Sequence record: PX393109.1
Reading direction: 5' to 3' (one strand)
DNA: 64,000 bases
Origin: a phage
Shown here: positions 56,212 through 64,000 of the stretch, one piece after another
Layout of the letters: each line of letters starts with the position of its first letter
Position numbering within the stretch: position 1 is the stretch's first letter
Translations under genes and position numbers: made by a program
The notes under the pieces: model-generated
Seen by the model: the letters and a program-made list of their open reading frames with translations, nothing else
The model's database searches: none
What the model was told of the DNA's origin: nothing

Positions 56212-56688
56212 TTAGTTCTTACCTGCTATGATGAAGTTCATTGTGAAGTTGACTTGATCCGAATTGGACGAGCCACTTCTGTTTACCGCACCGTCTGGGA
56301 ATACATAGAATGTCTCTAACAACACTCTCTGTCTTTGACGATTTAAGGTAGCTACTATAACTGGTCTAACGCACTCAGCTAAAGTAAGTACTCCGGAAGA
56401 TTCCTGGTATATTTCATCGAACCAATGCTGATACCACTCATGGAGTGTCATCTTCTCATCGTCCAATACCTGGAATGTTAAATCCGGAGATCCCTTACTC
56501 TGGGGGAACTTAAAATCTCGCATGTAAAACTGCTGAGACATAGCTAACCCAGTTACTGAGTTCAACTGATAATCCGTAGCAGGAAACCAGTCGGAGAATG
56601 GGGACGGAGCATCAGGGAATCTTACATCCCACAAGTGCATTTGTCCCCATTCGATAGACCGTACTTGTTGAACATTATTCAAAAACAC
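56212..56688 (-). CDS. tail protein (assembly chaperone position)
   Basis: Between tube and tape measure. Confidence 0.45.
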   Translation of the reverse strand: MFLNNVQQVRSIEWGQMHLWDVRFPDAPSPFSDWFPATDYQLNSVTGLAMSQQFYMRDFKFPQSKGSPDLTFQVLDDEKMTLHEWYQHWFDEIYQESSGVLTLAECVRPVIVATLNRQRQRVLLETFYVFPDGAVNRSGSSNSDQVNFTMNFIIAGKN

Positions 56689-56702
56689 GGTCTACCTCTC
56701 TA

Positions 56703-57227
56703 TTAAAGAGCTCCTTCCTTGAAGTCGTCGTAGGACAACGTCAGGACTGGTTTCAGTACGTCAGCCGAAGTAGAGCCCAGCTGGCCACCAGCATCATAAT
56801 CTTCCAGGAATACACCTTCGAGATCATAATACCAGATACCGACTTTCTGACGATTCAGGCGTTTAAGACGCAGTTTCGCCTTAACATCCTGAGTACGGCC
56901 AGCAACACCAGTACCAGTCTGGTAGCACATTTCACGCCAGTTAGCAATCTGCTGAGCGATTGCGTTATCCACAGTTTCGTTACAGGTTAGTGTAAGAGTC
57001 TGAGGAGGAGCGTAAATCCCAGGCTGTTTAACCGGCACCAGACCACGAATCTGGATAGATGTGGAAGTACCAGTCTTTTTCGGAATATCCGAAGATTCGC
57101 AACGCAGGAAGACTGCATCCGACAGATTATTCAGGCCGGAAGGTACAGTGATGAACTGTAATTCCCAGTCGACGATCGTGGCGAAGTCTCCCAGATTGCG
57201 GACTTGATCCAAAGTAATAGGCGGCAT
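56703..57227 (-). CDS. tail tube protein
   Basis: Immediately downstream of the sheath; start trimmed to MPPITLDQ. Confidence 0.55.
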   Translation of the reverse strand: MPPITLDQVRNLGDFATIVDWELQFITVPSGLNNLSDAVFLRCESSDIPKKTGTSTSIQIRGLVPVKQPGIYAPPQTLTLTCNETVDNAIAQQIANWREMCYQTGTGVAGRTQDVKAKLRLKRLNRQKVGIWYYDLEGVFLEDYDAGGQLGSTSADVLKPVLTLSYDDFKEGAL

Positions 57228-57237
57228 CCTGATCTCC

Positions 57238-59037
57238 TTACAGTGCTTCCGCGGCCAGATCGAAGTCCACACTGTTATTGGTAATACCAATAGTCAGAGG
57301 GATGTATTCGGTCGAGTTATTCGGGCAAACCAGCAGGCTTACTCGCAGGATATGGTTATCCACATCGCTTGCAGTGTTGTTGGTATCATCACAGATAGTG
57401 ACGTACTTAGTAACACCGCGACGAGCCATGATCGAATCCATATAGGTATCGACCATACCTTTAGCCAGTGCACGAGTATCCGCATCGTTGAATTCGAACA
57501 GGAAGTTCGCCAACAGTTTACGGATAGCCGGACCGATGGTAACCAGCAGGAGTCGGACGTTCAGGCGATCCAGCATGGAGCTAGCGTACTGAAGAGTCTT
57601 CTGACCCCAGATCTTGATACCTTCGCCTTCTTCGAATACGATAGGGTTAATACCCGCATCATACAGAAGATCCTGGTCAGAGTCGAGCAGGTGTACGTAC
57701 GTATCCAGCACGTTAACCACACCACGCTTGTTACCACCCACTGGGTACCAGATCTCGAAGTTAGACGCAGTATCGAAGATAGCCTTCGTCGCAACGCCGT
57801 CCGGAGATACCCACAGATTACGGTCGTTGTAACGATCGTAGATCTTAACGTGAGGTGCATACATGGCAGCATAACTGGTATCCCAGTTAGTGTCGTGCTT
57901 ACGATAGTTAACCATAGACTGGGCAGGAGATACGCCACCCTGTGCAGTCAGAGGAACCGAGGTAATACCGACGCAGTCAGCACGGGACTCTGCCAGTGCG
58001 ATGATCGCTGAACCGTATGCCTGAGAAGTACGACCACCGTTCATGATCACTTTAATAGCGAATTCACGAGGGTTGTTGAGCTTATTCAGAGCACGAATAC
58101 AGTCTCCATCGGTAACCGGAGATCCGTTAGAACCACCACCCAATGCTGCTGGGATAACGATGTCAGCCACCGGATCAGTGTTCAGAGGGTTATTAAACAC
58201 CTGAGCATAGATATTGTCGGCAGTAACATCTTCGATGTACAGAGACTTATTGTCCTGATCCTTAAGACCATTGATCTTAGAACCGATTACGTCCAGCACC
58301 GGATTAACCAGATCGTCCGCTTTAAATACCCGCAGATTGAAGGTATTGGGGATCTTGGTGTACTCCACAGCCGGAGATACGATAACTCCGGTAGCATCGG
58401 ACACGGTCAATGTAACAGGAGTAGATGCGGTAGCATTAGCTCGGCTGGTTGCCAGCTTAATACCACCAGTAGCAGGTACTGCGAAGTAAGTGGTGTAATC
58501 ATTAACTTCAGCAGGCAAGTTAGAGCCAGCCAGTTTAACCGGATAACCAGCACCCCATTTCTGGGTAGACTTAAGAATACCACCAGTTACGGCGACAGTC
58601 TCAGTAGCTTTATAGCCGAGTACCTGGAAGCGGAGTTCATCACCCCAAAGACCCTGGTTAGCTGCTGCGATCAGGAAGGACTCGTCGTCCATATCCACTG
58701 CAGACGGATCTTTAATATCACTGGCAGTAACGACGGTACCGTCTTTATTTACCAGAGCGCCTGAATAGCGAGCATCAGCAGAAGCAGCACGAACTACCAC
58801 CACGCTGGAGTATTTCTCCAACACGGTTAGCGCAGAGAAGTGCGCAGTAGACATACCGATGTCGATTTGCTCATTTGGCGTAAAGATTTTCAGGAAGTTG
58901 GGAGCATTGCCAGGCACGATCGGTTTCTCTACCGGACCTTTAACAGCATCAACTACGATAGCCGCATAAATAGTCTCAGTGGCAGGAACGTACGCACTCA
59001 GATCGCGCTCCGCATAGCTTACGCGTGGTGCAGACAT
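57238..59037 (-). CDS. contractile tail sheath protein
   Basis: 599 aa with sheath-like signatures (GINPIVFEEGEGIKIWGQKTL) and gene order. Confidence 0.8.
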   Translation of the reverse strand: MSAPRVSYAERDLSAYVPATETIYAAIVVDAVKGPVEKPIVPGNAPNFLKIFTPNEQIDIGMSTAHFSALTVLEKYSSVVVVRAASADARYSGALVNKDGTVVTASDIKDPSAVDMDDESFLIAAANQGLWGDELRFQVLGYKATETVAVTGGILKSTQKWGAGYPVKLAGSNLPAEVNDYTTYFAVPATGGIKLATSRANATASTPVTLTVSDATGVIVSPAVEYTKIPNTFNLRVFKADDLVNPVLDVIGSKINGLKDQDNKSLYIEDVTADNIYAQVFNNPLNTDPVADIVIPAALGGGSNGSPVTDGDCIRALNKLNNPREFAIKVIMNGGRTSQAYGSAIIALAESRADCVGITSVPLTAQGGVSPAQSMVNYRKHDTNWDTSYAAMYAPHVKIYDRYNDRNLWVSPDGVATKAIFDTASNFEIWYPVGGNKRGVVNVLDTYVHLLDSDQDLLYDAGINPIVFEEGEGIKIWGQKTLQYASSMLDRLNVRLLLVTIGPAIRKLLANFLFEFNDADTRALAKGMVDTYMDSIMARRGVTKYVTICDDTNNTASDVDNHILRVSLLVCPNNSTEYIPLTIGITNNSVDFDLAAEAL

Positions 59038-59047
59038 TTAAATCTCC

Positions 59048-59239
59048 TTATTTCATCTTAACGCCAGCAGGAAGTTTGACATCTTCCAGCCACTCTTTAG
59101 GAACATCCTTCAGGATACCCTTAGGAGGAACGAGGATAGTTTGACCACCTTTAATGGTGATCTCGACGTCATAATCCACAATAGAGAACAGGCGAACCTT
59201 TTCGCTAACTGGGGCGTCGGTTTTATTTTGTTCAGACAT
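59048..59239 (-). CDS. small virion-associated protein
   Basis: Start MSEQNK chosen inside track ORF 59048..59377. Confidence 0.4.
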   Translation of the reverse strand: MSEQNKTDAPVSEKVRLFSIVDYDVEITIKGGQTILVPPKGILKDVPKEWLEDVKLPAGVKMK

Positions 59240-59240
59240 C

Positions 59241-59906
59241 TTAATCTCCGAGATCTGTAATTGTAAACTTATCCGGAAGTACTCCGCCATTACAGGACTG
59301 GAGTTGGAACTCAACCACCTCGATAAGGTTATTGAGGTCATCCTCACCCAGTTCCGTGGCTGATATAACCGGTCCACTAATCTCCGCAGAGCCAGTTAAG
59401 GCTTTGTAGTAATTAGTCTCCAGATTAAAGGTTATATCTTCCAGAGACATGCCCCAGTTTAAGGCGAAGGTAAATTCACCTAGCGACTGCCCCATGTTCA
59501 CTGTAGCATTCGTAATCCCGTTTAACCCACGCTGCGTTAACCAGTCAACCTCAAACTGCTCAACATCTTTCATATTCGTGGCGAAGAATACGAATCTGTA
59601 GTCCATCTTCATCATGGCTACAGTTACGTTGTACCATTTACCATCGGCGCCTTTCATCTTCTGAGATATGGTTTTACCCATATCCCCTCTGCGGAAGGGC
59701 GTCCGGTTCCACGACAGAATCGGCATCGTGGATTTAGCCTCACGATAGTTATTCAATTGAATACTCGTGGCTCTGACATTCTCTATGGATGTTTCATAAC
59801 CAGCCATAGGATCAAACACGATACTCTTAACAGTCTTATAGTTAGTAGCTAACCACTTATTAAGAGCAGCAATTACATCAGCAGGAGTGATCGCCAAACT
59901 AGCCAT
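59241..59906 (-). CDS. neck / tail completion protein
   Basis: Position between head and sheath genes. Confidence 0.45.
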   Translation of the reverse strand: MASLAITPADVIAALNKWLATNYKTVKSIVFDPMAGYETSIENVRATSIQLNNYREAKSTMPILSWNRTPFRRGDMGKTISQKMKGADGKWYNVTVAMMKMDYRFVFFATNMKDVEQFEVDWLTQRGLNGITNATVNMGQSLGEFTFALNWGMSLEDITFNLETNYYKALTGSAEISGPVISATELGEDDLNNLIEVVEFQLQSCNGGVLPDKFTITDLGD

Positions 59907-59907
59907 A

Positions 59908-60471
59908 TCAATCCCCTATGTTTGATAATTGGAATCTGGTAACGATATCCACTTTTCGACCAAGAGATACCGGCTTAATTACTCGGAATCTCGCGAGAGC
60001 TCCGTCTTTCCTGTCGAACTCTACGACATCACCTGTCTTTAAGTCCTTGGAGGTAAGAGCAAAAGCATACCCGCTATCCTCGAGGAAGCCTCCCTCATAG
60101 CCCGCTACTATTCGCCATTGAGATGCGGTAAGCAGTACTCGGAACTCGTCTTCTACTTCGTAACCCGAAGAGACGTCGATTTCGTTCTGAGCTAGCGCAC
60201 CGTCCTCTAAAGTACCCAAGCTGGATAAGTCCAGCGACGAACCTGATGCCGATGCAACTGCATTATCCATGCCAGAATACACCGAGTTCGCTGTAATGGG
60301 GATTAGTTCGTCGACTCCTCCGTAATTGCCGTAGACCTCATCACGTAGGTCGTTGACTTTACGATACAACCGACAATATATACCAGCAGTTTTCACTGCT
60401 AAAGGTATTTGAACTAATGCGAACTTGCGGGAAGCCTCCTCCAGTCTATCCTGGTGAGTTCTCTTCTCCAT
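59908..60471 (-). CDS. neck / head-tail joining protein
   Basis: Position. Confidence 0.45.
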   Translation of the reverse strand: MEKRTHQDRLEEASRKFALVQIPLAVKTAGIYCRLYRKVNDLRDEVYGNYGGVDELIPITANSVYSGMDNAVASASGSSLDLSSLGTLEDGALAQNEIDVSSGYEVEDEFRVLLTASQWRIVAGYEGGFLEDSGYAFALTSKDLKTGDVVEFDRKDGALARFRVIKPVSLGRKVDIVTRFQLSNIGD

Positions 60472-60480
60472 AAAAGCCTC

Positions 60481-61110
60481 TTACATAGAAGCCAACATGT
60501 AATCGCTCTGGGTTTTAAGATCTTCCATAGCCTGATCATACATCTGTTGGCCGTCCGCTATTAGTGCATCACCATCCATCAGTATAGGACTATCACTGAT
60601 CTGGAAGGCTCGTCGGGACCTGCCTAAGACTTGCATCATCTTACCATGAACCATGCTCATGAACGTAGTTGCTGTTAAGTCTAAGGAGTCGATTGACTTA
60701 GTTTCTTTATTATAGGTGTGCGCTACTGCATACTCACACAAGTACTGCCCATCTTCCATATACATATTGAACACTCCGTTATCGAAGCGCCAGTAGTTCT
60801 GGGAGATGGTACCGAATCTATTGTTGGTGATTAAGCGAGTAAAACCACCATTAACGAATAGTCGGTGAATTACGATAGGGATGGGCTCAGGATTACCGTG
60901 CTCATCCTTACCAGTAAATCTTCGGTTATTCCAGAGATTCAAAGCTCCAGTAACCAGATTAGGTTTATATCTGGAGTAGGTGGCCAGCTCTTTAGCTATG
61001 ATAAGCTCCACTCGGTCCTGCGTAAGAGCAGTATCATCCAGACTATCCAGAATAAATTGCCCTGATTCTAACAGGAACGATTCAACGAGTTCATCATAGC
61101 TCAGACTCAT
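60481..61110 (-). CDS. head completion / neck protein
   Basis: Position. Confidence 0.45.
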   Translation of the reverse strand: MSLSYDELVESFLLESGQFILDSLDDTALTQDRVELIIAKELATYSRYKPNLVTGALNLWNNRRFTGKDEHGNPEPIPIVIHRLFVNGGFTRLITNNRFGTISQNYWRFDNGVFNMYMEDGQYLCEYAVAHTYNKETKSIDSLDLTATTFMSMVHGKMMQVLGRSRRAFQISDSPILMDGDALIADGQQMYDQAMEDLKTQSDYMLASM

Positions 61111-61394
61111 AACCCCATAGCCTCTCTGCGACGAATTGATTTAGCGCGTTTCAGCTTAACCGTGGCCTTACGCTGTACCTTACGGACAGCTTTAGAACGC
61201 TTACGGTGCTCAGTAGCTGTCATCTTCTCGATGTTGCCAGTCTGAGGATTACGCTTAAATCCTGGCTTAGGTGCCGGACCAGCGTACTGACGCTTCTGAC
61301 GAATCACCAGACGACCGTCACGAATCTGTTTGATGCGCTTGATCGTATAAGTGGCTTCGTCAACAGACGAAAGAACTTCTGCTGCAGTTACCAT
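61107..61394 (-). CDS. small basic protein
   Basis: Lys/Arg-rich C-terminus KRSKAVRKVQRKATVKLKRAKSIRRR. Confidence 0.45.
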   Translation of the reverse strand: MVTAAEVLSSVDEATYTIKRIKQIRDGRLVIRQKRQYAGPAPKPGFKRNPQTGNIEKMTATEHRKRSKAVRKVQRKATVKLKRAKSIRRREAMGL

Positions 61395-61930
61395 TATATA
61401 CTCCTAGTTGGTCTTGATAAGTACTCTTGTACCTGAGAATCAGGCTGGAGAACTCCCATAGAAAACAGATTCTTCACGAGAGCCAGAGCATGTTTACACA
61501 TTCCTGGTACGTTGCCTGGGTTTCTAGGAGGACGATCCGTTGTTTTACGTACATACGGCTTAAATCTACCCAGGAGAGCACCCTTAGACTTATTAGGGTA
61601 CTGCCACATGAAATAATCGTCCTTACAAGAACATCTGATCTGGACAGTATTCCGAGTGGTAGGCTTCTGAAGATAAATCTTCCCGTTAGGAGAATTGTAC
61701 GTCAGAGGGAAATCAGGAGACGGAACATCAGAATAACCTACTCCAGAGAATACAATCTGGGACTGATATGCCGAATACGATTCACCACTGGAAGGGCGTG
61801 CCTGAGATTTAACGATGAGCTGTTTATTTCTCATAACATAGTTAAAATCGAACGAGCCTACTTTACCAGTAGGATATTGATTCTTCCTGAGAGTATCTGT
61901 TCCCTGGAGAACTAAACTGCGAATATCCAT
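61394..61930 (-). CDS. structural protein
   Basis: Position. Confidence 0.45.
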   Translation of the reverse strand: MDIRSLVLQGTDTLRKNQYPTGKVGSFDFNYVMRNKQLIVKSQARPSSGESYSAYQSQIVFSGVGYSDVPSPDFPLTYNSPNGKIYLQKPTTRNTVQIRCSCKDDYFMWQYPNKSKGALLGRFKPYVRKTTDRPPRNPGNVPGMCKHALALVKNLFSMGVLQPDSQVQEYLSRPTRSI

Positions 61931-61963
61931 ACTATGCTCCGTAGGCTCGTTGAATTTTAGCTA

Positions 61964-62674
61964 TTACTTGGTTACTTTAGCATCCAGAATAGCGGTGATC
62001 GCTTCACCTTTGTTGGTGTAATCAATACCGTTAGATTCCGCGATGCTCTTAACGGTGGCCCAGTGAGTAGATTCCAGCTCTTCGCGAGTGTACTGCTCAC
62101 CTTCGCCATCTTCTTCAGATTTGGTGGGTTCTTCACCGGTAAACTGACGGATGCCAGAGTCGGATTTATCTGCAGAAGCATCTTCCGCATTACCAGCACC
62201 CTGATCTTCACCACCAGCAGCAGCGCCAGCGTTATTTAATTCTGCGTCGGTCACTTCTTTAGGAGCGACGTTAGACTCGCCACCAGTTTTAGGTGCAGCA
62301 GCATCCTGGTTAGCGCCAACTACCGCAGTATCGGGCACTTTGTCATTGATCTTATGATCAGAGCGCTCAGCAGCAGTGTTAATTTCTTCTTTGGTCAGAG
62401 CAGTACCCTGGATAACAGTACCTGGCTCTTTGTCCAGAGAGTTCGGATGTTCAGGCTCAGCTGCGACCACTTCGTCTTTATCGGTCTGATCGCCAGACGC
62501 ATCACCACTTACTTCCGTATAGGAAAGCAGGTTAGATACGCGACCGATCTCTTTAACGAAATCGCGAGACGGGTTACGAATGGTCAGACTCTCTTTAGGA
62601 GCGATGCTTACCGGACCGTCTGCGGACAGGTTAGCTTGAACAGTGTACTCGGACTTATTAGTTACCTTATACAT
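61964..62674 (-). CDS. acidic head-associated protein (decoration or scaffold-like), Rho-N/SAP-like C-terminus
   Basis: Highly acidic low-complexity middle; C-terminal ELESTHWATVKSIAESNGIDYT; directly downstream of the capsid-type gene. Confidence 0.45.
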   Translation of the reverse strand: MYKVTNKSEYTVQANLSADGPVSIAPKESLTIRNPSRDFVKEIGRVSNLLSYTEVSGDASGDQTDKDEVVAAEPEHPNSLDKEPGTVIQGTALTKEEINTAAERSDHKINDKVPDTAVVGANQDAAAPKTGGESNVAPKEVTDAELNNAGAAAGGEDQGAGNAEDASADKSDSGIRQFTGEEPTKSEEDGEGEQYTREELESTHWATVKSIAESNGIDYTNKGEAITAILDAKVTK

Positions 62675-62759
62675 ATCTACCTCTTTGGTTGGTGGTTAGT
62701 GCTAGTGTGTCGTCCTGACTAAATTTAGTTTGACTAATCGAGATATGTCAAAGTAAATT

Positions 62760-62797
62760 AAAACAAGAAAAACTACGGCCTCAATAAGAGGCCGTAG
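62760..62797 (-). terminator. Rho-independent terminator downstream of the capsid-type gene
   Basis: - strand reads gctacggcctc-ttatt-gaggccgtag followed by tttttcttgtttt. Confidence 0.75.
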
Positions 62798-62823
62798 CTA
62801 ATGCCAACTTAACGCATCAAATC

Positions 62824-64000
62824 TTAGCTACCAGAGAAGTTAGCCAGTTTGAAGGTCAGTTTGGTTACCAGGTTCGGGTTCAGCTGGGTCATACCAGCCC
62901 AAACGCCAGCAGCTTTAGTACCGCGGAACGGGTTGTTCGGGTTCTGGATGGTATCGGTAACGATCAGCGGCATGAACGGAGAGTATGCCAGCGGGCAGTT
63001 GAAATAACCGTCCGGGTTGCAGATCAGATAAGCAGCGTTATCTTCGATAACACCAGTTGCACGAATTACCGGCACGCCGTCGTAGAAGCCATACAGAGAT
63101 ACGGAAGTACCGACAGACTGACCTGCTGGGGTGAACTCAGGCATACCACGGAATACCGCAGCAGCAGAGCGACCGCAGATGATACGGTTCACCGAGCCTA
63201 CACCAGCGTTGTTGTGCAACACGGATTCAGCACGAGCGAAGGTATCAACCAGAGTCAGTTTGTGTTCCGCATAGGAAACACCAGCAGGAGGAGTCTGATC
63301 CCAGATAGTTTCGCCGATAGCCATCGCAGCGATCTGTTTGATAGCACGAACGTTCAGAACGTTAGTGATTTCGTTGGACAGATCGGATGCGACTTCATCT
63401 TCTGCAGAACGACCGAAGCGGTTCTGGAAGGCGAAGTTAGCGAAGGTACCGATATCAGCAGCCAGGGTCCAGATTTCCGCACGGATATCTTTGGAGATCA
63501 GGCCAGCCTGGATTTTATCCAGGTTATCCAGCAGATCAACATCAACGTCGAAGCGAACAGCAACCTGAGCAGTGTTAGGAACAGCTGCTTTAGCTGCGAT
63601 AGTGATCGCGCCAGTTTTGTAGTTGATGGTACCATCGAAGCCGAAGCCCAGGATCTTACCGTTACCGTCGTCCTGACCGTTACCAACACCAGGGATGTTG
63701 ACGAAGACCATGTTCGGACGAACCGGATACAGTTCCAGAGTAGCGGCGAAGTTAGTTTCGCTGCCGTTACCGGTACCAATTACCTGCTGACGACGCTGGG
63801 CACCCAGGGTACCTTCACCAGGATTATCACGAGACAGCGGATCACGGATCACGTCGCCTGCAGTGTAACCGCCGGAGGTCTGGGATGCTTTAATCTGGCG
63901 ATAGTAAACAATACCATGCTCTTCAGGGATCGGCTGGATAGAGCAGACCAGAGGCAGGATAGAGTTACCGACAGATGCGGTGATAACATCCAGAGCGATT
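62824..64000 (-). CDS. major capsid-type structural protein (N-terminus outside window)
   Basis: Frame stays open on the - strand to base 64000; followed by a strong terminator; position ahead of neck and tail genes. Confidence 0.5.
   Translation of the reverse strand, partial: IALDVITASVGNSILPLVCSIQPIPEEHGIVYYRQIKASQTSGGYTAGDVIRDPLSRDNPGEGTLGAQRRQQVIGTGNGSETNFAATLELYPVRPNMVFVNIPGVGNGQDDGNGKILGFGFDGTINYKTGAITIAAKAAVPNTAQVAVRFDVDVDLLDNLDKIQAGLISKDIRAEIWTLAADIGTFANFAFQNRFGRSAEDEVASDLSNEITNVLNVRAIKQIAAMAIGETIWDQTPPAGVSYAEHKLTLVDTFARAESVLHNNAGVGSVNRIICGRSAAAVFRGMPEFTPAGQSVGTSVSLYGFYDGVPVIRATGVIEDNAAYLICNPDGYFNCPLAYSPFMPLIVTDTIQNPNNPFRGTKAAGVWAGMTQLNPNLVTKLTFKLANFSGS

Noticed and set aside
57352-58011. 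219-aa + strand ORF inside the tail sheath gene
   Set aside because: Antisense to the sheath CDS, which has clear family signatures.
1-64000. CRISPR array, integrase/transposase, or prophage attachment features
   Set aside because: No repeat-spacer array and no recombinase-like ORF recognised; the only repeats are short promoter/terminator-type motifs and a trinucleotide microsatellite.

Overview
This window reads as a segment of a large virulent tailed phage (myovirus-type) with enterobacterial-looking codon usage; no integrase, transposase, rRNA, tRNA or CRISPR array was recognised. It has two convergent halves that meet at a bidirectional terminator near 28.5 kb. Bases 1-28469 (+ strand) hold about 70 short early/middle genes: the 3' part of a split multisubunit RNA polymerase beta'-like gene, RNase HI-like, a 2H phosphoesterase, a Pol X-like polymerase, NAD-dependent DNA ligase, an acyl-carrier-like protein, a four-gene glycosyltransferase cluster, a NADAR-domain protein, a DEDD-type exonuclease, dUTPase, a dCTP-deaminase-like protein, a SleB-like cell-wall hydrolase, and many small hypothetical, membrane or secreted proteins. 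Bases 28522-64000 (- strand) hold the late module: a capsid-type protein running off the window end, neck proteins, tail sheath, tube, tape measure with a GH19 lysozyme-like domain, a Mu/P2-like baseplate, a large multi-receptor-binding-protein locus, and a lysis cassette with a GH19 endolysin and a lipoprotein o-spanin. The most notable non-coding signal is a roughly 37-bp motif (CCGCTCTTT...AAAGGCTGTTAAAsTGT) found seven times directly upstream of + strand genes, a candidate phage-specific promoter; the candidate counter-defence genes (NADAR, 2H phosphoesterase) and the glycosyltransferase cluster are the best leads for an undescribed system. All calls rest on reading the sequence and motif recall, with no database search; manually counted coordinates of non-ORF elements may be off by 1-2 bp.
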